A stretch of DNA of 63,964 bases, counting the filler, from Octopus bimaculoides (lineage: Eukaryota): NCBI RefSeq assembly GCF_001194135.2. It is 11 parts of 8 records of this genome, joined end to end, with 100 filler letters (N's around TTAATTAATTAA, not from the genome) between each part and the next. Parts side by side here need not be neighbours in the genome. Positions count along the whole stretch, not along the records: positions 1 to 10,299 come from NC_068996.1; positions 10,400 to 13,877 come from NC_068984.1; 9 more parts are not named here. One strand, 5' to 3'. Positions 1-11,876 of the stretch are shown in pieces (within the stretch, counting starts at the first letter, position 1; each line of letters starts with the position of its first letter). The notes below the pieces were generated by a model. The model was not told the origin of the DNA, did no database searches, and worked only from the letters and a program-made list of their open reading frames with translations. Both the position numbers and the translations under genes were made by a program.

Positions 1-12
1 ATGTATGTATGT

Positions 13-275
13 CCCCCACCACCATCGCTTGACAACCGACGTTGATGTGTTTAGTTCCCCGTAAGTTAGCAGCTCGACAAAAGAGACCGATAGAATAAGT
101 ACTAGGCTTACAAAAAATAAGTCCTGAGGTCGATTCCTTCGACTCAAAAAGAATATATAAAAACCTTGGAGGGTTAAAGGCAAGAAAGAAATTATAATGT
201 CGGCCTTTAAGGTGGTGCCCCTGCATGGCCGCAGTCATATGACTGAGGCAAGTAAAAGACTAAAAGAAAAGAGTT
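13..275 (+). mobile_element. SINE family C, 3' half
   Basis: CACCACCATCGCTTGACAACCG...GATAGAATAAGTACTAGGCTTAC...ATGGCCGCAGTC...AAGTAAAAGA. The same module recurs at 6345-6560, 23220-23380, 38995-39200 and 53225-53390. Confidence 0.8.
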
Positions 276-384
276 AATGAATAATCTTGACGTTTAATTA
301 ATGATTCATTTCAGCAGTGTTTATGAGTGTTAATTGTCTCCCTGATGAAACTACGCCAAGAGAAAAATATGATCGGTGTTACAT

Positions 385-755
385 GTTGGCACTCCGTCGC
401 TTACGACGTCGAGGTTTCCAGTTGATCCGATCAACGGAACAGCCTGCTTGTGAAATTAACGTGCAAGTGGCTGAGCACTCCACAGACACCTGTACCCTTA
501 ACGTAGTTCTCGGGGATATTCAGCGTGACACACTATGACAAGGCTGATCCTTTGAATTACAGGCACAACAGAAACAGGAAGAAAGAGGGAGAGAAAGTTG
601 TGGTGGAAGAGTACAGCAGGGTTCGCCACCATCCCCTGCCGGAGCCTCGTGGAGTTTTAGGTGTTTTCGCTCAATAAACACTCACAACGCCCGGTCTGGG
701 AATCGAAGCCGCGATCCTATGACCACGATTCCGCTGCCCTAACCATTGGGCCATT
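385..755 (-). mobile_element. tRNA-derived SINE family B (OR-like), slightly 5'-truncated, with 13-bp TSD
   Basis: Matches the copies at 4153-4504 and 18440-18905. Target-site duplication ATCGGTGTTACAT at 372-384 and 756-768. Confidence 0.9.
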
Positions 756-879
756 ATCGGTGTTACATATATCTGGCAAAATAATCGTCCAAAACATCAT
801 TAATGCAAGAATTAAACCCAGAATTTGGAAGTGAAGAGTTAACCAGTTATATCGGCATTACTGTTTCCTGTATTATTCT

Positions 880-1351
880 ATCAGCACGTAGTTTCGGGTT
901 CAGTTCCTTGGACAAGTGTCTTCTACTATAGCCTCAGGCCGACCAAAACCTTGTGAATGGATCTGTTAGACGGAAACTGAGAGAAGCCTATGGTAAGAAG
1001 CTTGCTTTACCAACTACATGGCTCCGGGTTCAGACCCACTATGTGGCACCTTGAGAAAGTGTCTTCTATTATAGCCTCGGGCCGACCAAAGCCTTGTGAG
1101 TGGATTTGGTAGACCGAAAGTGAAATTAGCCTGTGGTGAGAAGCTTGCTTTCCCAGACTTATTGTTCCAGATTCAATCCCGGGCACGTGTCGTCTACTAC
1201 AGCCTCGGGCCGACCAAAGCCTTTTGAGTCGAACTGGTAGACGGAAACTGATAGAAGCCTATGGTAAGAAGCTTGCTTTACCAACTACATGGCTCCGGGT
1301 TCAGACCCACTATGTGGCACCTTGAGAAAGTGTCTTCTATTATAGCCTCGG
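880..1351 (+). repeat. Tandem array (about 4 units, 120-140 bp each) of SINE family C 5' halves
   Basis: Repeated TGGTAAGAAGCTTGCTT...AAGTGTCTTCTA(C/T)TATAGCCTCGGGCCGACCAAAGCC...GACGGAAACTGA..GAAGCC units joined head-to-tail; the array runs into a gap. Confidence 0.8.
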
Positions 1352-1684
1352 NNNNNNNNNNNNNNNNNNNNNNNNNNNNNNNNNNNNNNNNNNNNNNNNN
1401 NNNNNNNNNNNNNNNNNNNNNNNNNNNNNNNNNNNNNNNNNNNNNNNNNNNNNNNNNNNNNNNNNNNNNNNNNNNNNNNNNNNNNNNNNNNNNNNNNNNN
1501 NNNNNNNNNNNNNNNNNNNNNNNNNNNNNNNNNNNNNNNNNNNNNNNNNNNNNNNNNNNNNNNNNNNNNNNNNNNNNNNNNNNNNNNNNNNNNNNNNNNN
1601 NNNNNNNNNNNNNNNNNNNNNNNNNNNNNNNNNNNNNNNNNNNNNNNNNNNNNNNNNNNNNNNNNNNNNNNNNNNNNNNNNNNN

Positions 1685-2057
1685 GCCGTTACATTCTGAG
1701 TTCAAATTCTGCAGAGGTCGATTTTGCCTTTCATCCTTTCGGGGTCGATTAAATAAGTACCAGTTACGCACTGGGATCGATATAATCGACTTAATCCGTT
1801 TGTATGTCCTTGTTTGTCCCCTCTATGTTTAGCCCTTTGCGGGCAATAAAGAAATAAGAAACGTTTGCACGCCGGGCGAAATGCTTAGCGGTATTTCGTC
1901 TGTCTTTACGTTCTCAGTTCAAATTCCGCTGAGGTCGACTTTGCCTTTCATCCTTTCGGGGTCGATAAATTAAGTACCAGTTGAGTACTGAGGTCGATCT
2001 AATCGACTGGCCCCCTTCCCAAAAACGTCGGGCCTTGTGCCTAGAGTAGAAAAGAAT
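1685..2057 (+). mobile_element. Dimeric SINE family A (tail-1 unit followed by head-truncated tail-2 unit)
   Basis: B-box GAGTTCAAATTC and core GAGGTCGACTTTGCCTTTCATCCTTTCGGGGTCGAT occur twice; junction GGCAATAAAGAAATAAGAAACGTT. Confidence 0.85.
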
Positions 2058-2429
2058 ATTCTTGATTAATTAGGACTTGATTTGAACAAATTAAAACTGA
2101 GACTTGCTTCTCCTTCAAATGATGTGCCTCCTTATGCAACAGGTATTTTTCTTTTCCACAAGGTATTTTACCGACTTTTGAATGATTCGTGGAATTCTGC
2201 TTTACGCATGGCATATAACACCTCGTAACTTTTTTAGTTTTTGGAATTTTCAGTAAATCTTTCCGACTTTGTGTTCTACACAGAGGAATTCACACGTTTT
2301 GGAAACGAATTATTCGAATACGACTAATGTGATACCCTCCTGCCTACAGTACTTGTATTTAATGTTCAGAACACTATACTCGGGTATTTTCCTTCATTTA
2401 TATTTTGTTAAAATAAAACCAATTTGTGG

Positions 2430-3623
2430 CTGAGCAAAGCTTCTTTATATTACTACTGGCAGCCATTAACTTGGGGGACTGGCAGAAATGTTAGCATGCT
2501 GGACGAGATGATTAGCGGTATTTTTCTTACCTTTTATGGTCCGAGTTCAAATTCTGCCAAGGTCGAATTTGCCTCTCATCCTTTTGGTGAAGAGAAAATG
2601 AAGTACCAGTCAAGTCCTGGGGTCGATGTAATAGACAAAGCCCCTGCACCAAAATTTCAGTTATTGCGCATATATTTGAAACAATTATTATTAGCAGCAA
2701 TTCCAGGTCTTTCCTGGGTTTATTTATACCTAACATAGATGAATATAATTACATGGATTCGCTATATTTTAGATTAAATTACCTTAAAAAAAGGTGGGGG
2801 TGAAATCTTCTGTTGGTTCAGGTATGTTGGTTCACACAGTATTATTGTAATTTACAGAGAAGTGTAGTCATTTAAATCGTCCCCTGTACTTTATTTTATC
2901 GACCCAATAATAATCTTTTCTACTATAGGCACAAGGCCTGGAATTTGAGGGAGAGGGCTAGTCGATTACATCGAACCCAGTACGTAACGAGTACTTATTT
3001 CATCGACCCTGAAAGAATAAAAGACAAAGTCAACCTCGACGGAATTTGAACTCAGAACGTAAGGGCGGGTGAAATGCCGCTAAGTATTTTGCCCTGCATC
3101 GACCCAATAATAATGACTTATCGTTTAGCCGCCAAGGAAGCAATTTTTGAAGGAAAGGGTGTTATTCAATACCGTAAATCCAAATACTTTATTACAACTT
3201 TATTTCATCGACCCCGCAGAGATAAAAGCAAAATTGTCCTTAGCAATTTGGAAAAATTAACGCAAGCCATTTTTTTCGATGCTCTGGAAATATTTCCAGT
3301 TCACCGCCTTTATCGACTCGATAATAATAATTCTTTCTATCTTTCCACTATAGAAATATGACCTGGAATTTTGTGCGGAGGAATTACCCGATTAATTTTT
3401 ATCAACCCTGGAAGATGAAGGGCAAATCTGACCTCGGTTAGATAGAAGAATATTACAAGGATTTCTTCCGATGCTCTAACGATTCTGCTAGCTCGCTGTT
3501 TTTTATCAACTTAATAAATAATAATGCCATTCTACTATAGGCACAAGGCCAGCAGTTTCGCAGGAAGACATAAGTCGATTGCATTGACCCAGTGCTTGAC
3601 TGGTACTTACTTTATCGACCCAT

Positions 3624-3676
<53 letters not shown>

Positions 3677-4070
3677 TAAAAAAATGAAAATAATAATAAT
3701 AATAATCCTTTCTACTATAGGTACAAGGCCTGAAATTTTGGGGTGGGGGTTAAGTCGATTACATTGATCTCAGTATTCAACTGTATTTTATCGACCCCGA
3801 AAGATGAAAGGTGAAAAGTAAAGTCGACCTCGGCGGAATATGAACTCAGAACGTAAAAGACGGACGAAATGCTATTAAGCATTTTGCCCGGAGAGCTAAC
3901 GATTCCGCCAGCTGAAATTTGAGGGAGAATATCGATCAATTGTATTGGCCTGGGGTGCTAAACTGGAACTTACTTTATCGACTCGGTTGCATTTGAACTC
4001 AAGACGTAAATGTTCAGAAAAGATGCCACTTAGCAGCTTATCCAAATTGCTAACGATTCTGCCAGATCAC
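2430..4070. mobile_element. Cluster of degenerate family A SINEs (mostly - strand) interleaved with (AAT)n
   Basis: Repeated CTACTATAGG(C/T)ACAAGGCC tails and TTTATCGACCC cores at about 2920, 3530 and 3710; (AAT)n at 3625-3706. Confidence 0.75.
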
Positions 4071-4152
4071 AACATAAATTCGCGTATTTATTCTGAATCA
4101 TGAGGTTTTCTTAAATAGTCTTGTTTCTAATTGACTGTTTAATATTGGACAT

Positions 4153-4504
4153 GTGGAGGCGCAATGGCCCAGTGGTTAGGGCAGCGGACTCGCGGTCATA
4201 GGATCGCGGTTTCGATTCCCAGACCGGGCGTTGGGAGTGTTTATTGAGCGAAAACACCTAAAGCTCCACGAGGGTCTGGCAGGGGATAGTGGCGAACCCT
4301 GCTGTACTCTTTCACCACAACTTTCTTCCTGTTTCTGTTGTGCCTGTTTCTGTTGTGTCACGCTGAATCTCCCCAAGAACTACGTTAAGGGTGCACGTGT
4401 CTGTGGAGTGCTCAGCTACTTGCACGTTAATTTCACCAGCAGGCTGTTCCGTTGATCGGATCAACTGGAACCCTCGACGTCGTAAGCGACGGAGTGCCAA
4501 CAAC
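4153..4504 (+). mobile_element. tRNA-derived SINE family B with 12-bp TSD and internal deletion
   Basis: A-box TGGCCCAGTGG, B-box GGTTTCGATTCCC; TSD AATATTGGACAT at 4141-4152 and 4505-4516. Confidence 0.9.
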
Positions 4505-5767
4505 AATATTGGACATAGGCGGTGAGCTTCCAGAATCATTAGCACGCCGGGCAAAATGCTCAACATTTCGTCCGTCCTTACGTTCTTGAGTTAAAATTCC
4601 CTCGAAGTCGACTTTGCCCTGTATATTCTGGGGTCGATAGAACAAGTACCAATCGAAAACTGAGATCGATGTAATCAATTTACACTATCCCCCGAAATTG
4701 CTGGCCTTGTTCCAAAATTTGAAATCAATTTTGGACGTTAGTGCAAATTTGTTAATCACCGTGCACTTAATGAAGCTATGAACACTTCATCTTTACCGTG
4801 CATACAATTCACACACTTCGGCAGAAAAGTTGCATAAATCCCACAATGGTTTGCATTTTATACCTTACCATTGCTTTATCTATCGAACTCGGTTGATTGG
4901 CAAGATCATTAGAGCGTCAAACAAAAATTGCTTTGCAGCATTTTGGTTACAGCCACTTATATTCATTCCATGTTCAAGTCCCACCTGAGTGAACTTTCTT
5001 TTCATCCTTCCGGGGCGGTGAAAATAAAGTACCCTTCTTGAACTAGGATTGACTTATTTGATTATACCCACCATCAGTCAGAAATTTGTGCCAATGTAAG
5101 AAATCAATACTGCTCTGTTTATAAGGTAGCTAAGACAGCGAGCTGGTAGAAACGTTAGCATTTCTGCACAAAATTCTTAGTAGCATTTCTTACGGTTTCA
5201 CGCTCTGAGTTCAAGTTTCATTGGTGTCTACTCTTCTTTTCATTCTTTTGAGGGTCGATAAAATAAGCACCAATTGAACACTGGAGTTGATATAATCGAC
5301 AAACCTTCACGCTTAAAATGACAGTCTTGTGTCAAAAGTAAAAAGATAAGAATTATTGCTTTGCTCAGTTTCGAATACTGATATTTCTAACATAATGCAT
5401 GGTTATAAATTTGGGGAGATATTAGTCGGTTAAATCGAAGTCATAAATTGAGTGGTACTTAATCTTATAGATCCGACTCCACCCACCCTCAGCTGAATTT
5501 GAACATGGGATGTAAAACGAGGATACTGAACACTGAACAGGGATGTTGTCCGATGTTTTAACATTTCTGCCAGTCCATCGCCCGAGGTAGCTTAAAACAA
5601 ACGGCAGGGGAATAGTTATGCTGTTAATTTTATTATTGTTATTGCAGGCGATTTGCAGTAGTGATACTAATGATGGCTGTGATAAAGATAACGTTGTCAC
5701 AAGCATGAGAAACAACAGCAGCGAGCGGGAGTTTTGTCAGTTAGATAGGGAAGGGGGTAAAAGACAG

Positions 5768-5821
<54 letters not shown>

Positions 5822-5952
5822 TGGCAGACAAACAGAATAGTAAAGGAAGAAGAACGTTAAAGGCATGGCATCACACACGGTTGTTTCGTTGTTTCAATCA
5901 TAATTTGCGATTGCTGATGTATCATCATCTTCACAATCTACTCTGTTCACAG

Positions 5953-6086
5953 CCTGGGTGAATAATTCAGAGAAATGTGATGAGGTTGTGAGGTTGCGGC
6001 TAGCGTATCTGCAGAACATCATGAAATATATCTGGCTTTCTTATCCGTTTTACGAATCGATGGCATCGTCAGTTGGTTCTAAATAA
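5953..6086 (+). CDS. Candidate terminal coding exon of an unidentified gene (WVNNSEKCDEVVRLRLAYLQNIMKYIWLSYPFYESMASSVGSK*)
   Basis: Pyrimidine-rich acceptor ctactctgttcacag; open phase-1 frame of 44 codons ending in TAA; non-repetitive sequence. No homology recognised. Confidence 0.35.
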
Positions 6087-6291
6087 TGGTAATGGTAATG
6101 ATAACAATGCTTTCAATTTTGGCACAAGGCCAGCAATTACGGTGAGGCGGGGATAAGTCCATTACATCGACGCAGTACTCAACTGGTACTTATTTTATCG
6201 ACCCCGCAAGAATTTAAGGCGGAGTTTGAACTCGTCTTATATATGTATGTGTGTGTGTGTGTGTGTGTGCATTTGTGTGTGNNNNNNNNNN

Positions 6292-6330
<39 letters not shown>

Positions 6331-6561
6331 CATTTATGTGCGTGTCTTTCTGTCAGTGTTTGTCCCCCTTACCACCATCACTTGACAACCGATGTCGGTG
6401 TCTTTACGTCCCCGTAACTTAGCGGTCCGGCAAAAGCACTGATAGAACAAGCACCGAGCTTACAAAGAATAAATTTTGGGGTCTATTTCTTCGACTAAAA
6501 GGTAGTGCTCCAGCATGGCCGCAGTGAAATGACTGAAGCAAGTAAAAGAATAAAAGAATAC

Positions 6562-6603
<42 letters not shown>

Positions 6604-6976
6604 TTTGAGCCAACTCTTTCCATAGTAAACCTATTAGAAAGCTGGATCGACTGATCGACTGAAGATCTGTTCCGTCTTCCTATGTCATACACCTCATGGA
6701 TCTCGCTGTAGAGAGATGTGATGAAACCAGTTAGGTTCGTTTCTTTGACATTGGCAAAGCCTTCAGCTGTATCAGGAACTTATATTGCTCGGCACACATG
6801 CTCAGTTATGAGTACCAGTTGTCATCCGAGTCTTGGATCGCGTGGCTTACTGAATGATAGCGAAGCCCTGACAAAACTCTTGGTCTCTCCCGCTCCCTCT
6901 CTTCCCCCTCTCTCGCTCCCGCTCCCTCTCATCGTCTCTCTTTCTCATCTACATTCTATCACACCTAGTGTAAAAT

Positions 6977-7209
6977 CTTTTCTTATTTCTTTATTGCCCA
7001 CAAGGGGCTAAACATAGAGCGGACAAACAAACAAAGGGATTAAGTCGATTACATCGACCCCAGTACGTAACTGGAACTTAATTTATCGACCCCGAAAGGA
7101 TGAAAGGCAAAGTCGACCTCGGCGGAATTTGAACTCAGAACGTAACGGCAGACGAAATACCGCTAAGCATTTCGCCCGGCGTGCTAACGTTTCTGGCAGC
7201 TCGCTGCCT
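6977..7209 (-). mobile_element. Full-length monomeric SINE family A (tail 1) with 11-bp TSD
   Basis: Head GGCAGCGAGCTGCCAGAAACGTTAGC, B-box GAGTTCAAATTCC, tail GGGCAATAAAGAAATAAGA; TSD TAGTGTAAAAT at 6966-6976 and 7210-7220. Confidence 0.9.
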
Positions 7210-7759
7210 TAGTGTAAAATTTTTTCTGCTAAGTCAAAATAGAGAGTGAAAGAGGTATTTGGGATGTTACAGCATAAATTCTTTGACATCCCATACAATA
7301 CCCAAAAGAAAGGCTACCCGGCTAATTGTCAAGAAACCCACTCACTGACACTAGTGTCGTTTTAAAACATGCACACTGACCAATTGGTCAGTGTCCTCCC
7401 AGGTCTCGAACTCTAATTATGTATGCTGTTGCTTGCTGTTAACAAATAAATACTACAGGGTTGACCAAGTCACCCGACAGTAAATCAAAATTCCATAAAT
7501 ACTTAATATTCAATTTTATTTATTCATTTCAATTATGAGTGTTTAATAATTGAATGCTGTAAGTTAAAATCAGTGTTATTATTATTATTATTATCAATAT
7601 CATCATCATCATCATCATCATTATTATTTTTATTATTTCAATATTCGTCTATTTATTAGAGAAGTCTCATATAAAATAATTTTTTATTTTAATCCTGAAA
7701 CTAAATGGGGGGGGGGCGCTTATTTACTGTCAGGTGACATTTGGCCAGCTTTGTATATA

Positions 7760-8050
7760 GCCCAGTATTCGACTTATGATCGTAAATTTGTGAGTGCCGA
7801 TTCCAGGCGGCACGTTGTGTCATTAAGCAAGACACTATATTTCACATTGTTTCAGTTCACTCAGCTGGCAAAAATAAGTTGTACCAGTATTTCAATGGGC
7901 CAATTTTGTTGCATACTGTGTCACGCAGAATTTACCAAAGAACTACATTAAGGGCACACTCAGTCACTTGCACGTAAATTTCAAGTGCAATTTGTTCTGT
8001 TGATCAGATCAACTAAAACCCACGTCGTCGTAACGAGATGGAGCGCCAGT
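7760..8050 (+). mobile_element. Degenerate SINE with a CORE/V-like middle and a family-B-type 3' half
   Basis: Middle GTGTCATTAAGCAAGACACT...; 3' part TGTGTCACGCAGAAT...CACTTGCACGT...GATCAACT...GTCGTAAC matches the family B tail. Confidence 0.55.
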
Positions 8051-8149
8051 TTTTTTTTTTTTATGTGGTCCTGTGTGCTATTTGCCTAGGAACCATACGG
8101 GTTTAGGGGACCCAATTCTGATCTATGTATTCTATGGCTTGCTGTCAAT

Positions 8150-8400
8150 ACATAAATACTACAGGATCCAGTGCAGTAGGTTGTACAGGGTGCTACGATG
8201 CTCCTAAGACGGCCCTGAACAATACAATTCAGCTTCTGGCCCACAGACATGATTGCTCTTCTCTTTACTTTCTTTTCTACCGCTATTACAGAGGCATCTA
8301 TCCCTCAGACTTCATTGGTTTCATGCGACCACCACCTCTTCATCGCTCAAGCCTAAAATGTAGAAGTTTGACTTTGCATAGGTAGACGTCGTCATTGGTG
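8150..8400 (+). mobile_element. Decayed LINE ORF2 C-terminal fragment (CR1/Jockey-like)
   Basis: IQLLAHRHDCSSLYFLFYRYYRG resembles the LQPLSHRRDVASLSLFYRYY motif at LINE C-termini. Confidence 0.5.
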
Positions 8401-9208
8401 GTGNNNNNNNNNNNNNNNNNNNNNNNNNNNNNNNNNNNNNNNNNNNNNNNNNNNNNNNNNNNNNNNNNNNNNNNNNNNNNNNNNNNNNNNNNNNNNNNNN
8501 NNNNNNNNNNNNNNNNNNNNNNNNNNNNNNNNNNNNNNNNNNNNNNNNNNNNNNNNNNNNNNNNNNNNNNNNNNNNNNNNNNNNNNNNNNNNNNNNNNNN
8601 NNNNNNNNNNNNNNNNNNNNNNNNNNNNNNNNNNNNNNNNNNNNNNNNNNNNNNNNNNNNNNNNNNNNNNNNNNNNNNNNNNNNNNNNNNNNNNNNNNNN
8701 NNNNNNNNNNNNNNNNNNNNNNNNNNNNNNNNNNNNNNNNNNNNNNNNNNNNNNNNNNNNNNNNNNNNNNNNNNNNNNNNNNNNNNNNNNNNNNNNNNNN
8801 NNNNNNNNNNNNNNNNNNNNNNNNNNNNNNNNNNNNNNNNNNNNNNNNNNNNNNNNNNNNNNNNNNNNNNNNNNNNNNNNNNNNNNNNNNNNNNNNNNNN
8901 NNNNNNNNNNNNNNNNNNNNNNNNNNNNNNNNNNNNNNNNNNNNNNNNNNNNNNNNNNNNNNNNNNNNNNNNNNNNNNNNNNNNNNNNNNNNNNNNNNNN
9001 NNNNNNNNNNNNNNNNNNNNNNNNNNNNNNNNNNNNNNNNNNNNNNNNNNNNNNNNNNNNNNNNNNNNNNNNNNNNNNNNNNNNNNNNNNNNNNNNNNNN
9101 NNNNNNNNNNNNNNNNNNNNNNNNNNNNNNNNNNNNNNNNNNNNNNNNNNNNNNNNNNNNNNNNNNNNNNNNNNNNNNNNNNNNNNNNNNNNNNNNNNNN
9201 NNNNNNNN

Positions 9209-9456
9209 TGTCAAGCGATGATGGGGGGACAGACACAGACACACAAACACACACATACACACACACACATATATATATATATATACATATATACGACGGG
9301 CTTCTTTCAGTTTCCGTCTACCAAATCCACTCACAAGGTTTTGGTCAGCCCTAGGCTATAGTAGTAGACACTTGCCCAAGGTGCCACGCAGTGGGACTGA
9401 ACCCGGAACCATGTGGTTGGGAAGCAAGCTACTTACCACACAGCCGCTCCTGCGCC
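9209..9456 (-). mobile_element. SINE family C 5' half with internal (TA)/(TG) microsatellite
   Basis: Head GGCGCAGGAGCGGCTGTGTGGTAAG...GGTTCAGTCCC; CORE-like CCTTGGGCAAGTGTC. Similar copies at 10905-11070, 33712-33850, 38555-38690, 47100-47260 and 53950-54333. Confidence 0.85.
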
Positions 9457-9724
9457 GATATTTTAAAATTATTTTTAATGGATGGTGGGTGCTAGAGTTA
9501 AAATGAACTAAAAACCTACGAATAGGGACAGACCTGATGACCGGAAACTGTTTATGAATACTTTCCGGTTGTCTATCAAACGGCTTTTGTTGAGCCGAAG
9601 CTATGGATGGTATTAGAAGACCTCGCGGAGGAATTGAGCCTGAAACATCATCTTTGCCATACAAACTTTTCATGCAAACACCCATGACGGCGCCCAACAC
9701 GAGGTAAAATTGTGGGGAGGGTGA

Positions 9725-9756
<32 letters not shown>

Positions 9757-9940
9757 GGAAGGCGGTAAAAAAAAAAGTAAATATGAATGAATAATGAAAC
9801 AAAAAAAGAACAGGAAAGTTGTTTTTATCGCACTCTCAGAGATAAAAACCAATGAAACAGCTATAACAGTATCAAATAGCACTGGCAATAAAAGCTGAAA
9901 TAAAGAGAGAAAAAAAATCGAAAGAAAGGGNNNNNNNNNN

Positions 9941-9980
<40 letters not shown>

Positions 9981-10457
9981 GAAGGAGGAAGAGTTAACGA
10001 AGTTAGCGAGTGGTTGGAAACTGTAGTCGGCGAAGTGTGGTGGTGGTGGTTGTCGTGGTTGGAAGGGTATGAGAGAAAACAGCATTTAATGCTTTCTCCC
10101 TTAATGTTCATTAGAAACAAATTAGAGAGGCAGAATATAATCCGGTTTCATCGACAGCACTTGCCGTCAAACTTTTCCCAACGTCCACTCATCCTACCTT
10201 CTTCACTACTCTTTCTCCCCCCCCCCCTCAACACACACACACACACATACACACACACGCACGCATGCAAACACGCACATACATGAACCTTAACAAACGN
10301 NNNNNNNNNNNNNNNNNNNNNNNNNNNNNNNNNNNNNNNNNNNTTAATTAATTAANNNNNNNNNNNNNNNNNNNNNNNNNNNNNNNNNNNNNNNNNNNNA
10401 TAGATAGATAGATACGTATAGATAGATAGATAGATACGTATAGATAGATAGATACGT

Positions 10458-10522
<65 letters not shown>

Positions 10523-10882
10523 GAGATGTGTGTATTTTCCCTTGTTAACAATTAACACGGAAAGAATAGATAAATAGTTACCAGGGTATATACCATTTAC
10601 ATTTAATATATACAGTATTCAATTAAGAACTATTACAGAAGGATTACTAGGAGACGCAAGGGACATTATACAAATCTGACGAATTACCAACTTTCCACGG
10701 CAGGAAACTATTATTAGCTCGAATTTAAATTCTCTGTATATTAAATGACATTTATATCTCACTGGGTGGTATACATTTTTGTTGATCTTTGAAGCAGCAA
10801 ACTACATACACATACACATACATACACACACACACACACATGCACACACACATGCACACAGACACGCACACACACACATACA

Positions 10883-10914
<32 letters not shown>

Positions 10915-11845
10915 ACAGACTTCTTTCAGATTCTGCCGACCAGATCCACTCACAAGGCTTTGGTCGGCTGCCCAGGGCTGCAGTAAACGGCACTTACCCA
11001 AAATGCCACGCGTTGAAATTAAACCGAAAACCATGTGGTCGCAAAGCCAGCTTCTTAACCGCACAGCCACGTCTGCGTATCTCTAGAAGAAAAAAAATCT
11101 TTCCGAATAAAGTTTTTCATTTTATATTTTCAATGTGACAAAGCTAAACCGTTTTAGTAAATTCTCGAAAAGATGAATATCATCTCCCAAGGGAAACGAC
11201 CAAGTGTGTCACGTCTAAAACGTTGTAGAAACATTCACAAAATTGAGCTTACTTCCTACACGTGATTACAAATAAATTAAGGCTTGTCGAACAAATTGGT
11301 ACAGATGTGAGTTATTTCCTTTGTTCCGGTAAGCATCACACTTTGGAATTCCAAATCACCATTACTATAGTACGTCGCGTGGATATGTGGTAAAAAAGAA
11401 TTTAGCATCGCAGTCACGCGGTTCCGTACAATGGCATCTTGAAACGAGGTCTTGGAATGACCAATACATCCGGAGGGAATATTTAGGACAACAGGAACCG
11501 AGTGGAAACCTATCCATATGTGTGAAGGTATGTATGTGCGTATGTATGTATGTATGTATGTATGGATGGATGGATGTATGTATGTATGTATGTATGTATG
11601 TATGTATGTATGTATGTATGTATGTATGAAAAATAAGTTCTGAGTTCAATTTGCTCGACTAAACTTTTTAAGGCGATGCCCCAGCATGGCCGCCGTTCAA
11701 TCACTGAAATATGTAAACGCTAAAAAGATAAAAGAATAGATATGTGTGCGTGTATGTGTGAGTATGTGTGTGTGTATGAATATGTATGCACACACACATA
11801 TGTATGTGTATGGGGCTTGTGTATATATATGTATATATATATACG

Positions 11846-11876
<31 letters not shown>

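Noticed and set aside
341-368. CTGATGA...GAAA (also CTGATGA at about 21066)
   Set aside because: No stem II pairing or NUH/stem I, so not a hammerhead.
4153-4230. tRNA-like sequences (also 42288-42354 and the family A and C heads)
   Set aside because: They have A and B boxes but no complete acceptor stem, and continue into SINE bodies. They are SINE heads, not tRNA genes.
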